Shown here in pieces: positions 44,414 through 54,268 of a stretch of 64,000 nt of DNA; position 1 is the stretch's first letter, and each line of letters starts with the position of its first letter. Origin of the DNA: a virus. The stretch lies in IMG/VR virus record IMGVR_UViG_3300029286_000013; one strand, 5' to 3'. The position numbers were made by a program, and so were the translations under genes. Under the pieces are notes generated by a model. The model searched no databases. It was not told the origin of the DNA and saw only the letters and a program-made list of their open reading frames with translations.

Positions 44414-44879
44414 CTTCTACCTCTATCCAAGTGTGATCGCCTAACCATTTAACTTTGCAAATGTATTCATATTCTTCTGGAGCACTACTAGACCAATCGT
44501 TAGGTCCATTAATACTCAACCTAGTAAATTGTTTGCGTGTATCAAACAATAACCAATATATGTTGCCATTCGATAATTGAAAATCATATTTAGCGGCGTG
44601 TACCATATCAGTTAAGTCAAGTCTATGCTTAATCTGTTCTGCTTGCTTCTGTAATACAGTTACTAGTTCCATTATTCTATCATATTCTTGCTTGGCATGC
44701 AATCTTGCAACGTTCAGCATAATATCTTTATGCTTCTCTACTGGAACTAAATCAAATTTAGGTCCACTACTTTCTGTAGCATATGGTGTTACATTACGAT
44801 TAAAGAAATGAATCAATGAACCGGAACTAGTAGAATCATAACTACTAACACCGTTTGCTGAATTTGGTTTATCACTCAT
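44403..44879 (-). CDS. DUF2452-like protein
   Basis: PYAT..GPKF, coiled coil, GNIYWL, P..W, DHTW. Confidence 0.6.
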   Translation of the reverse strand: MSDKPNSANGVSSYDSTSSGSLIHFFNRNVTPYATESSGPKFDLVPVEKHKDIMLNVARLHAKQEYDRIMELVTVLQKQAEQIKHRLDLTDMVHAAKYDFQLSNGNIYWLLFDTRKQFTRLSINGPNDWSSSAPEEYEYICKVKWLGDHTWIEVEDDK

Positions 44880-44885
44880 TAGACA

Positions 44886-45485
44886 TTATATATCATTTTC
44901 TGATTTAGTAACAGTGTTTTGGGTATTTTTTGGTTTCTTATGTTTACTATAAAAGATATGATTACCAATCTTTGCCACTTGTTTGTAAGGCCATAATGGG
45001 TCAACAGTTAAATTATGAAAGAATAACGCTGAATTAGGTAGAACATCGTTGTAAGCATCATTAGCCATAACTTCATACGCTACTTGTTGTGCTTGTTTGT
45101 ATCGTTGACTATTTGTGTTTGGTTCACCTTTACCTTCACAAACCCAACTAAACTGACATAGTTTAACTTTTGTAAGTTCATCGTCTATTATTTTTTCTAC
45201 TATATGTGATTGATATACAACTGCACAGGGAGTTTTAGCAAAACCATGATTAACACGATTTATTACTACTCTGGCCACGGCAGCTTGACCTAATATAGAT
45301 TCACTGCCTGCTTCATAGAATATATTTTTTGCCATACAAGCAAGTTGTTTAGGATCTACCACTTTAGCAACAACAACTTCTTCCGGTTCTTCTTGTGCAG
45401 TAAACAGGTCTATAGTATCAGCAGTAATATATACACCTATAATTACAATGAAGGCAATAATAGATTTAAGAAAATTTAATTTCAT
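44886..45485 (-). CDS. SleB/Hydrolase_2 cell wall hydrolase
   Basis: CMAKNIFYEA, AVARVVINR, CQFSW, IGNHIFY. Confidence 0.9.
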   Translation of the reverse strand: MKLNFLKSIIAFIVIIGVYITADTIDLFTAQEEPEEVVVAKVVDPKQLACMAKNIFYEAGSESILGQAAVARVVINRVNHGFAKTPCAVVYQSHIVEKIIDDELTKVKLCQFSWVCEGKGEPNTNSQRYKQAQQVAYEVMANDAYNDVLPNSALFFHNLTVDPLWPYKQVAKIGNHIFYSKHKKPKNTQNTVTKSENDI

Positions 45486-45496
45486 AATTTATCCTG

Positions 45497-46930
45497 TTAA
45501 ATTAAATCCCAGCAGTCACAATTACAACGAATTACATCGTCAATTGCTTCTGCTATGGTGTATGTTGATGGTAATAAATTATTTGATGTATATAATACAT
45601 TCAAGTTAGATGGAATAAGGTTAGTATACAATGAGCCAGCAAATGAGCCAGCTACTTCAGAATTTCCTGTATCTACCACTGGTGCTAATGTAGATCCACT
45701 AAAGTTTGGATTAGTAACGTAATAGTTATTATCATTTGGATCATAAAATCCATACGGTGATGGATTAATCTCGTCACCGGTATCACAATTAACTTGACCC
45801 AATTTTGCAGGGGCTGAGTTAGCTACTGACCCGTTAGCTACTAACTCTTTATTTTGCACCGGAGTAATAGTATCATTGATATTATTATCTAACGGTACAC
45901 CTATTGTATTTAATCTAGCTTGATTCCGTGCTTCACGCATCATACCTACAATGCTTTGCCCGCCGGGTGTACATATATTAGCGATTGCTTCGATAGTTTG
46001 AGCTTGCATATGCGGATCAGTGTTCAATGCAAACTGTGGTATGGAATCAGTAAATGATATTTGCGTTGTGGGGAACTGTGCAAGATCGGGAACAATATCT
46101 TCCGTAGCAGGTGGAACAGGTACGGGTAAGCCTGTATCTAATGCACGTTGCTCAATCGTTAATTGAGTGCCGGTATAATTCCAATTAGTATTCAGTTGTT
46201 CTGCTAACAATGGTTTGGTAGTTTGTATAGACAATATTTCTGCATTGGCATCATCTATATACCCTTGAATGATACTGTTAGAGAATAACCCTGTACCCGG
46301 CGGCGGGGCAATGACTACGGTGTCAGCAGGACCTGTATAGCTTATTGATATTATTCTACCAAAAGTAGTTATGTTAGTGGTGTCAGTGCCTATTATAGCA
46401 ATTGCTGGATTACCACCTACGGTGACAGCAGGAGCTGATGCACCTTCACGACCATAGCCGCCGCCCCGATCAGTGTATGTAAATGAAGTTCCATTCCAAG
46501 TTGCAGTAGCCTGTTCCCAAGTGACTGCCAAATATAATTGTTTGTAGATATTATACAGAGTAGGTGTTTCTAATGCCTGAATCAATCCTTGAATATCAAT
46601 ACCAATGTAGGGTAGTCCAGTCATACAACCAAAGAAGTCACTCATCGTGTATGTACCATATGGCCCGCTTCCCAATGCGATTAATGGTAATGATCCACTT
46701 ACTAGTGTAGTATCTACTGGAACATTAGTTCCATTTACCGGTAATCCCGCAATCGTTTCAATATTAGTTACAACTTGTGCAAACTTTTCTACTGGCACAG
46801 TAGTAATGTTTTTAATTTGACCGACTGATACACCAAACGCGCCAGCCGCAGTTGCTACGTCAGGTGGTAGTATACCAGCTAAATATGATCCGAACCCTAC
46901 AGGAAATTGTTGTATTATTGTATCTGCCAT
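45497..46930 (-). CDS. Putative structural (baseplate/tail) protein
   Basis: 477 aa, acidic, T/G-rich, co-oriented with PAAR. Confidence 0.55.
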   Translation of the reverse strand: MADTIIQQFPVGFGSYLAGILPPDVATAAGAFGVSVGQIKNITTVPVEKFAQVVTNIETIAGLPVNGTNVPVDTTLVSGSLPLIALGSGPYGTYTMSDFFGCMTGLPYIGIDIQGLIQALETPTLYNIYKQLYLAVTWEQATATWNGTSFTYTDRGGGYGREGASAPAVTVGGNPAIAIIGTDTTNITTFGRIISISYTGPADTVVIAPPPGTGLFSNSIIQGYIDDANAEILSIQTTKPLLAEQLNTNWNYTGTQLTIEQRALDTGLPVPVPPATEDIVPDLAQFPTTQISFTDSIPQFALNTDPHMQAQTIEAIANICTPGGQSIVGMMREARNQARLNTIGVPLDNNINDTITPVQNKELVANGSVANSAPAKLGQVNCDTGDEINPSPYGFYDPNDNNYYVTNPNFSGSTLAPVVDTGNSEVAGSFAGSLYTNLIPSNLNVLYTSNNLLPSTYTIAEAIDDVIRCNCDCWDLI

Positions 46931-46931
46931 A

Positions 46932-48164
46932 TTACCTCACTGCATTGTCAAATGTATCATATACTTTGCCACTGTTACCAGTACTGGTTGTAGTCGTAAG
47001 GGTTGGTTCATTAGTAACAGTAGTAGTTTGATTTAAGTTTTCTGAAATTTGAGGAGCACCAGTTGGTGTTTGTGTTCCAATCTGATTTGCTACTTGAGGG
47101 CTATTTAAATTACCATTCACACCGCCACCACTGTATATAGGATAGTATGTTTTACTATTAGTTGGCGTTTGTGTAGTATTATACACTGGAACCGTCAATG
47201 ATTGATAGCTATTAGGGAATAACTTTTTAGGATTCAATAAATCAGCCAGTGAATCTAATCCTGCCGTTTTACAGTTTAATGGAATCAATACTTCAGCAAG
47301 ACCATCACCTACAATAAGATTAAAGGCTCCGTATATGTTTCGTTCTTGTTCTGTTGTTGCAGTAATAGTATTGTCTAGTATTTGACTTAATTCACTTTGT
47401 TGCATACCTGATGCTAATAATGCTAAACTTACATTTTGAGTGAGGGCATTATTTTGTACCAATGTTAATAGTAAATTAGAAGGTAATCCAAATGTAGATA
47501 TAGTTGATAAATTAATTGCGTTGCCACTGGTAATTAAATCACGACCAAATGTGGTCGTTGCTAAACTTACGCCGGAAATATCAGCACTAATCAAATCATT
47601 CATATTGCTATATGTGCCATCTAAGAATTCTTGTGAATTCGTCATAGACATAATAGCTTTATTAGTATAATCTACAAAACTACTTGCCGCTTGAAAAGCT
47701 GACAAGTAATCTTTATATTCAGGTAGACCGTCATTGTAATTGAATTCGTTATAACCTTGTAACGCAAACAATCTTACATAGCCCCAACGTGTTACTTCAT
47801 TTGTATGAGTATAGTTACTAGCCCAATTAGGATAACCAGTCCAATTAAATGTCGGAGCTTTACTATTACCTAATGCAGGTATACTAGCAGAACCAATTGA
47901 TATTAAGTTATCATACGTAGAGTCAGAAACCGTTTTAGTAGGTCCCGATACGGCTACACCCCTCACGTAAGCATCATTGATAGCATATGTAAGTAATCGT
48001 AAGCAAGTATCATTTACTATACTACCTAGATTAGTAGCAGATGATTCACTGATACTAACACCAGTGAAGTCAACCATAATAGGATTAATATTAAACCCAA
48101 TGTTTTGCAACAATGAACTTAATGTGTTAACTCCTAATGGACTTTGTTTTCCTGTATCGCTCAT
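46932..48164 (-). CDS. Putative structural protein
   Basis: 410 aa, coupled to the PAAR gene. Confidence 0.55.
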   Translation of the reverse strand: MSDTGKQSPLGVNTLSSLLQNIGFNINPIMVDFTGVSISESSATNLGSIVNDTCLRLLTYAINDAYVRGVAVSGPTKTVSDSTYDNLISIGSASIPALGNSKAPTFNWTGYPNWASNYTHTNEVTRWGYVRLFALQGYNEFNYNDGLPEYKDYLSAFQAASSFVDYTNKAIMSMTNSQEFLDGTYSNMNDLISADISGVSLATTTFGRDLITSGNAINLSTISTFGLPSNLLLTLVQNNALTQNVSLALLASGMQQSELSQILDNTITATTEQERNIYGAFNLIVGDGLAEVLIPLNCKTAGLDSLADLLNPKKLFPNSYQSLTVPVYNTTQTPTNSKTYYPIYSGGGVNGNLNSPQVANQIGTQTPTGAPQISENLNQTTTVTNEPTLTTTTSTGNSGKVYDTFDNAVR

Positions 48165-48445
48165 GGAACAAACACATCAGGACTACCATCAACGATACTA
48201 TGACCGCAACTGTTTCCTGACCCTACTCTAAGTACCGCACTACCTTCAGCAAACACTGTTGGACTAGCACTTGTTGTGGTTGCGGCTTTGTGAGGTGGAT
48301 GACCTTTTTTACTCCACGGTGCGTGTGGAGTAATCGTACTAACGTGTAGACCAACTTGGATTCCGTTGGCAAAGACAGTACCGGCACCTCTTACGATAGC
48401 ACCGCCCTCTTGATTCTTGTCACCTACACGACTTAGTTTTGCCAT
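48161..48445 (-). CDS. PAAR-like spike-tip protein
   Basis: SRVGD, GAGTVFANG, SCGH, GSPDVFV. Confidence 0.88.
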   Translation of the reverse strand: MAKLSRVGDKNQEGGAIVRGAGTVFANGIQVGLHVSTITPHAPWSKKGHPPHKAATTTSASPTVFAEGSAVLRVGSGNSCGHSIVDGSPDVFVP

Positions 48446-48446
48446 T

Positions 48447-48752
48447 TTATCCTAATACAATTTTCTTATCTGGTATTTTGATACCAGTTGTTGCTTCTAT
48501 ATATTTCATTTTGATACTGTCATCAGTTTCAGCATAAAGAGCAATGCTATTAGTATTTAGCTTAAATTCACCCTTCGGATTTGCAGTAAATACGCTAGGA
48601 ATCATTTGCATACCCTGTTGTGTGGGGGCAATTGATACTGGTTCTTCAATTGTAATAAACTCTCCACCTGTTTGAGTTACTTTTGCAATAAGTTCTTCTC
48701 CTGAGTTAAGTTTCAATGTATATACTGTATTTGGTGTTATTGATATTTGCAT
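48447..48752 (-). CDS. T4-like conserved Sm-like protein
   Basis: LKLNSGEELIA...Y..ATTGI. Confidence 0.7.
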   Translation of the reverse strand: MQISITPNTVYTLKLNSGEELIAKVTQTGGEFITIEEPVSIAPTQQGMQMIPSVFTANPKGEFKLNTNSIALYAETDDSIKMKYIEATTGIKIPDKKIVLG

Positions 48753-48982
48753 TACGCAGCCTTTGTTAAAAATTGTTTAAGTTCATTAAATCCACCAATC
48801 AATTCACCGTCAATGATAATTTGTGGTACTGTTCGTGCTGATGGAATTTCTTCTAGTAGTTCTTCTTTTGTATAACCGTCTCCGATTTTCTTTTCTTCAA
48901 ACGGTATATCTCGTTGCCCCAATAATGCCTTTGCTTGGTCACAATAGGGACAATGATACTTACTCCATACGATTGCTGTCAT
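48752..48982 (-). CDS. Glutaredoxin
   Basis: CPYC, TVPQI, IGGF. Confidence 0.93.
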   Translation of the reverse strand: MTAIVWSKYHCPYCDQAKALLGQRDIPFEEKKIGDGYTKEELLEEIPSARTVPQIIIDGELIGGFNELKQFLTKAA

Positions 48983-48995
48983 TTTATTTTCCTTT

Positions 48996-49715
48996 TTAAT
49001 GTCTTGTCCAATATTTGGCTTTTGGTGCAGTATGTCCTACTGTACTATCGTAATCTATTATCGTGTCTTTTGTAATGTTATACTTATCTGCACATTGCTG
49101 AAGTTTTTCAGGAATCCAATAATCTATTCCTAAAAAATACCAGTAATCATTGCTATGATTTGTAAACTCATGTAGGTCTTCTGCGTGAAAGGCAAACATC
49201 ATTCCCGGATTCAATGATATCTCATTGTTGTTTATTACAACTGATATATCAGGGGAACTTTGTTTAGATGCTGTAAATATATATCTAGTTACATTTGTCT
49301 GGTAAGGTAAATTATCTACGTGTGCTGAAATTTTACTTCCAGGTGGACAGTTCCATACAATCATTCTTCCAAACGGGCCAGTTTCTTTATTAAACTCTCT
49401 AGCCATTTCAAATAGTTCTAGTGACTTTGTAAACAATGGATTATATTCATAGCCATTCAATGCTAAATGTATTGTACTTTCTTCATATAAAATGTTAAAA
49501 TTTCTATTAACAAAATGTAATTTAACATCGTCAAATACACCCTTTGTTGTATTAGATGGATCTGTTGTTCTAACGCCATTTTCGTCTACACGCCAATTAT
49601 TAGCATAATGCCAATCTGGATCTAATTGTTTAGCCGTTTCAATTTCTTTAGAAATTGTTTCTGCCCATTCAGGAAATTGGTATACATTAAATATTGGGAA
49701 GTTCATCATATTCAA
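48996..49715 (-). CDS. AspH-like 2OG-Fe(II) oxygenase
   Basis: PPGSKISAHVD...LHEFTN. Confidence 0.65.
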   Translation of the reverse strand: MNMMNFPIFNVYQFPEWAETISKEIETAKQLDPDWHYANNWRVDENGVRTTDPSNTTKGVFDDVKLHFVNRNFNILYEESTIHLALNGYEYNPLFTKSLELFEMAREFNKETGPFGRMIVWNCPPGSKISAHVDNLPYQTNVTRYIFTASKQSSPDISVVINNNEISLNPGMMFAFHAEDLHEFTNHSNDYWYFLGIDYWIPEKLQQCADKYNITKDTIIDYDSTVGHTAPKAKYWTRH

Positions 49716-50787
49716 TACTATCAGTCATTACACCAATTACATAATTAGTTGATTCATTTTCTTGTAATGCAGTTTGTTTCTTACTTGTATCAACGTGTTT
49801 GTTGAACCAAGGAATAGGAGTTGTTTTAGGTGCAGGACTATTATATCTAATACCAATTTCTTTTAATGCGGATACAGCCGTGTAATCAACAAAGTCTTTC
49901 AACACAGTTGCATTCAATCCAATAACTGGACCCATCTTAAACAAGTAGTCAGCCCATTCTTTTTCTTCACGTATCACATCCAAGTAAAGTTGATAGACCT
50001 CAGCTTCACATTCTTGTTTAATTGCGGCGAAGCGGCTGTCTTCTTTTACTACTTGATTAATAAGGTAGGCAGTCCAGCCTTTATGGAGAAGTTCATCTTG
50101 GAGAATTAAACTGATAATATTGCCATTACCAATAAAGATTTTGTTCTCAACCATTGCTAAACTTGTAGCGAATGATACCATAAAGCGGAATGCTTCCAAT
50201 GCGTAACTGGCGTGTAATGCCATATAAATTGCTTTAATGTGTTCTTTTTCGTTCACATCTTGACCTAACTCTTTGCGGCAATTAACTTTGTGTAGTTCGT
50301 CATAGTATCTACCGACACTACTTGCCATGTCTACAATTTCTTTTGTATCGTGTATAGTATTGAATACATCTTTAGGTACATTATAGATATTACGAATGAT
50401 GTGACTATAGCTACGACTATGAATATTAGTCTCAAAGAAACTCCAGTTGTATATCAATGCTTCTAGTTCTGGTAATGATACAACAGGTGTGAACACTTGG
50501 CTTGGAGCACGACCTTGTAAACTATCTAATGCAGTTTGACGTAATAGGTTACTAGTAAAGATATGCCTAACTGCATCACTTGCTTCTTTAAAGTCATTAG
50601 CATCTTTTGTTAATGATACTTCTTCTGGAACCCAGAAGAAACCACGGGCCGTTGTTTCAAAGTCTGCAATCTTTTTATATTTAACCTCTTCAAATCTTTG
50701 GATGGTTACGGGACCTTCCGGGTCCAAAAACATTTTTCTATTCAAATAATCTGTCTTTGTATTTAGGTTATATTGTGCGTGTGACAT
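49687..50787 (-). CDS. nrdB: Class Ia ribonucleotide reductase beta subunit
   Basis: FFWVPEEV, ETNIHSRSY, LEAFRF, DELLH, QENE..NY. Confidence 0.95.
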   Translation of the reverse strand: MSHAQYNLNTKTDYLNRKMFLDPEGPVTIQRFEEVKYKKIADFETTARGFFWVPEEVSLTKDANDFKEASDAVRHIFTSNLLRQTALDSLQGRAPSQVFTPVVSLPELEALIYNWSFFETNIHSRSYSHIIRNIYNVPKDVFNTIHDTKEIVDMASSVGRYYDELHKVNCRKELGQDVNEKEHIKAIYMALHASYALEAFRFMVSFATSLAMVENKIFIGNGNIISLILQDELLHKGWTAYLINQVVKEDSRFAAIKQECEAEVYQLYLDVIREEKEWADYLFKMGPVIGLNATVLKDFVDYTAVSALKEIGIRYNSPAPKTTPIPWFNKHVDTSKKQTALQENESTNYVIGVMTDSIEYDELPNI

Positions 50788-51464
50788 TATGCTAATTCCT
50801 TCTGCTTTCGTTTATTTTCTTCTCTATTTCTTGCCGCTATTTTCATTTTTTCTTTTGTTTCCTCTGACATTTTTTTGCCCTTACGTGCGATTGACATTTT
50901 AGATTTTATTTCATCTGACATTTTTTTACCAGTCCATGGACTATTTGGCACACGTTTTTTTAGTTTTTCTCTTGTTTCTTCGCTAATCGGAGGTCTATTT
51001 TTTGCGACTTCAGCCATTTTCAATTTAGTTTCATCTGTAAAGGTTCTTCCCTTTTGAGACATAGACATTTTTGCTTTTGTTTCTTTTGTACGGGTTTGAC
51101 CAATCCTTTTAAGTGCTGCCAATTTTTGTAACTCTGGATTTTTTCTATTTGGATTGTTATCTCCGGACATAGATTCTGCATATTGTCTACGTAACCATCC
51201 ATAGGCTTTATTAGTTCTTTTACCATTATTAATCATTGAGCCAGTGGTCATATTCATTGTGGCATATAATAACTTTTGATTTTTTGGATATATTTTACAT
51301 AATAACAAGTGGGCAAGATAATGCTCCTCAGGATATAATTCAACTATGTTTTCTTTGTCATCTGTTCCACCCAAACAACGAGGGAGGATGTGATGTTTTT
51401 CAACATACCCAATTTTTTTGGTTTTGTTACTTATTAACCTAATATATATTGCTTGATAGTTCAT
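50787..51464 (-). CDS. HNH homing endonuclease with NUMOD3 repeats
   Basis: EKHHILPRCLGG..N...EHYLAHLLL; repeated ET(K/R)xKMS. Confidence 0.9.
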   Translation of the reverse strand: MNYQAIYIRLISNKTKKIGYVEKHHILPRCLGGTDDKENIVELYPEEHYLAHLLLCKIYPKNQKLLYATMNMTTGSMINNGKRTNKAYGWLRRQYAESMSGDNNPNRKNPELQKLAALKRIGQTRTKETKAKMSMSQKGRTFTDETKLKMAEVAKNRPPISEETREKLKKRVPNSPWTGKKMSDEIKSKMSIARKGKKMSEETKEKMKIAARNREENKRKQKELA

Positions 51465-53782
51465 TATAATTTACACGATTCACAATCGGATTCATCATCA
51501 AAATCTATTGGATCTAACATTGTAGGAGGTTCTTCTGCATCCGCTTTGCTGCCTGCCTTATTTATAAGGCTATAATAGAATGTCTTGATACCATAATAGT
51601 GTGCTTGCATTAAATTTTTTGCTATTAATGTAGTTGGGATTTTTCTATCAGGAAAATGTTTTGGGTTATAAAAAGTATTTACGGATATAGCCTGATCCAC
51701 ATAGGCCGCAATCACTGCCGCTGTTTTTAGATAACCATCACAATCTTTTTGTTCCCACATCATTTGATATTTATTTTTCAATTTGTGATATTCTGGAACA
51801 ACTTGAACAAATGATCCTGCTTTACTTTCTTTAACACTAATTAGACTCATTGGCATTTCAATACCATTTGTAGAGTTAATTACCACGCTACTAGATTCTA
51901 CAGGAGCTACAGCCATTTGTGTAGCGTTACGGACACCATACTCTTTCATATTTGTTCGTAGTGTTTCCCAATCAAGTTCAGGGGTGAAGTCGGCCAACTC
52001 ATTAACACCCTTTGCTCGTAATTCCCAAGGGAATACACCTTGTCCGTATCTTGTTTTATCACTGCCTTCACAACGACCACGTTCTTTGGCAAGCTCAACA
52101 CTGGCTTCTGTTAAGTAAAATGACAAATGTTCCATCCAAGACTTAAGTTCAGTTAACGCATCCTTCTCACCGTATTTAAAGTTTCTTTTGGCGTGCCAGT
52201 AGGCTAAGTTAGTTACACCGATACCTAATGGACGAATCTCATCATTGCTCAACTTAGATTGAATACTCAAAAAGTCTTGATAGTCCAATATATTATTGAG
52301 GCTACGATGTAGAATACGGCAAGCACGGCGCATGTCTTCGGGATTTCTAAACGCACCCCAATTTATACTCCCGAGGGTACAGAGGGCTATCCTGCCGGTA
52401 TCGTCATCTAATCGCTTAAAACTTTTTGTCGGAAGTAGGATCTCACAACAGAGGTTGCTTTGATAGATGGTATGATACTCAGGATCGAATGGTCCTTGTT
52501 TCATCACATTGTCAACGAATACAAGATAGATGCGTCCTGTATCAGTGCGTTCTTTCAATATGCCTGATTTAAAAACTTCTTCAGCATTCATAGTTTTCTT
52601 ACGCAAACCTGATTGCTTTTCGTATTTCACATATAGTTCTTCAAATAGTTCTGTATTACTATAGAATGCTTGATATAAATCAGGAACTTCGTTTGGATCA
52701 AAGAAAGTTATGTTTTCTTTGTTTTTGAATCTTCTCCAGAAGAAAGCACTAAGCACAACCCCATAATCCATATGACGGACTCGGGTTTCTTCTGTTCCTT
52801 GGTTGTTCTTAAGTACAATAAGGTCATCAAACTGATGATGCCAAATAGGATAAAAAACAGTAGCACTTGCATTACGAATACCTCCCTGACTGCAACTTCT
52901 TAAATCACCGAACCATTTCTTTAAGAATGGTATCATGCCGGTGTGCATAATCTCTCCGCCACGTATAGGACTGCCTAGTGGTCGTAGTCTACCAATCTCT
53001 AATCCAATGCCAGCACGTTTGCTAGCATATTTAGCCATCATTTCTCCACTGGCGAAAATACTGTCCAAATCATCATCCGAGCGAATAAGTACACAACTAC
53101 TAAATTGTTTAGTAGGAGTGCCAAGCCCCGCCAACACTGGTGTAGCCAATGTGAAAAGACCGTCACTGGCTGCTGTGTAATATTCTTTGATATATCGCAT
53201 TCTTGCATTGTTGGGTTCTTCACTGTGAAAAACTGTCGCAGCCGCGACCATATACCTAATTTGTGGAGTTTCATAAGTTTCTTTCGTACTTCTATTTTTT
53301 ACTAAATATTTTTCAATCAATTGCTCAATGGCGGCATAAGAGTATTGCTCATCCTTAGAATGATCCAACATATCATTCATCTTATTCCAATCTTCTTCAC
53401 TATACCATTTTAATAGTTCATTAGTGTATAAACCAGTTGCTACATTCTTTTTAACTATTTCATATAGGTGTGGCACTGTATAACTTCCATATACATCTTT
53501 ACGTAGCATACTCAATCGTTGCTTACCTGCAACATATTGATAATTGGTATGACCAACATCTGGATTTTGTTCTACGTCAATTAAATCTACGATAGCACGT
53601 AATGTTATTTCATCAATTTGATGTGTAGTAATACCATCATAAAAGTGTAGTTGAGATTTAATTTCTATCATTGAAGGACTAACGTCTGCTATTCCTTTAC
53701 ATACTTTTGCTACTTGTGCTTGCCATTTTTCTAATGTGAGAGGCTCTTTACTACCAGAGCGTTTGATAACGTTTATCTTCAT
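51464..53782 (-). CDS. nrdA: Class Ia ribonucleotide reductase alpha subunit with ATP cone
   Basis: VIKRSG, FSSC, SNLCCEI, TFYY, C-terminal CESC. Confidence 0.96.
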   Translation of the reverse strand: MKINVIKRSGSKEPLTLEKWQAQVAKVCKGIADVSPSMIEIKSQLHFYDGITTHQIDEITLRAIVDLIDVEQNPDVGHTNYQYVAGKQRLSMLRKDVYGSYTVPHLYEIVKKNVATGLYTNELLKWYSEEDWNKMNDMLDHSKDEQYSYAAIEQLIEKYLVKNRSTKETYETPQIRYMVAAATVFHSEEPNNARMRYIKEYYTAASDGLFTLATPVLAGLGTPTKQFSSCVLIRSDDDLDSIFASGEMMAKYASKRAGIGLEIGRLRPLGSPIRGGEIMHTGMIPFLKKWFGDLRSCSQGGIRNASATVFYPIWHHQFDDLIVLKNNQGTEETRVRHMDYGVVLSAFFWRRFKNKENITFFDPNEVPDLYQAFYSNTELFEELYVKYEKQSGLRKKTMNAEEVFKSGILKERTDTGRIYLVFVDNVMKQGPFDPEYHTIYQSNLCCEILLPTKSFKRLDDDTGRIALCTLGSINWGAFRNPEDMRRACRILHRSLNNILDYQDFLSIQSKLSNDEIRPLGIGVTNLAYWHAKRNFKYGEKDALTELKSWMEHLSFYLTEASVELAKERGRCEGSDKTRYGQGVFPWELRAKGVNELADFTPELDWETLRTNMKEYGVRNATQMAVAPVESSSVVINSTNGIEMPMSLISVKESKAGSFVQVVPEYHKLKNKYQMMWEQKDCDGYLKTAAVIAAYVDQAISVNTFYNPKHFPDRKIPTTLIAKNLMQAHYYGIKTFYYSLINKAGSKADAEEPPTMLDPIDFDDESDCESCKL

Positions 53783-53785
53783 GTT

Positions 53786-54223
53786 CTACCTATTTTTTTT
53801 AATTATTGTTTGTAAATCTAATTTTTGTACTATTTTAAAATCTTTTAGTTTATTACTTATGACCGTATCGGGCCAGTAATTCAGTATATATTTTGCGTTA
53901 TCAACTAGGACTAATACAACATCTTCTCCTGTATTATTTCTAGCCAGTACCAATTCTATATCATTTATTCCTATCAGACATAGAGTATAACACATTCCTA
54001 ATGCTCTTGCAACCTCACAATAGGTATTTTCGGACAAAAGTTCCCAAGGATCGGGCCAGTTATCTATGTCATGCGGGTGAAGGTGATGGGTAACCAATGG
54101 CGCATGTTGCCACCATTCGTCTATGGTTATACATTGTTGTTCTATGGGTAAACTAGATACGGATTGCCGTAATTGAAACCAAGCTTGAAGTCTTGCTTCA
54201 TAAGTTGATTGGAAGATATTCAT
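53786..54223 (-). CDS. Phage hypothetical protein
   Basis: WPDPWEL...ALGMCYTL...YILNY. Confidence 0.7.
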   Translation of the reverse strand: MNIFQSTYEARLQAWFQLRQSVSSLPIEQQCITIDEWWQHAPLVTHHLHPHDIDNWPDPWELLSENTYCEVARALGMCYTLCLIGINDIELVLARNNTGEDVVLVLVDNAKYILNYWPDTVISNKLKDFKIVQKLDLQTIIKKNR

Positions 54224-54268
54224 ACATCACTACTTATCATTTGTAAGTAGTGAGTATGAATTTGATAT

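Noticed and set aside
50787-51464. Group I intron or intein in nrdA/nrdB
   Set aside because: Both genes are intact; the HNH is free-standing with 1-nt overlaps and no room for an intron core.
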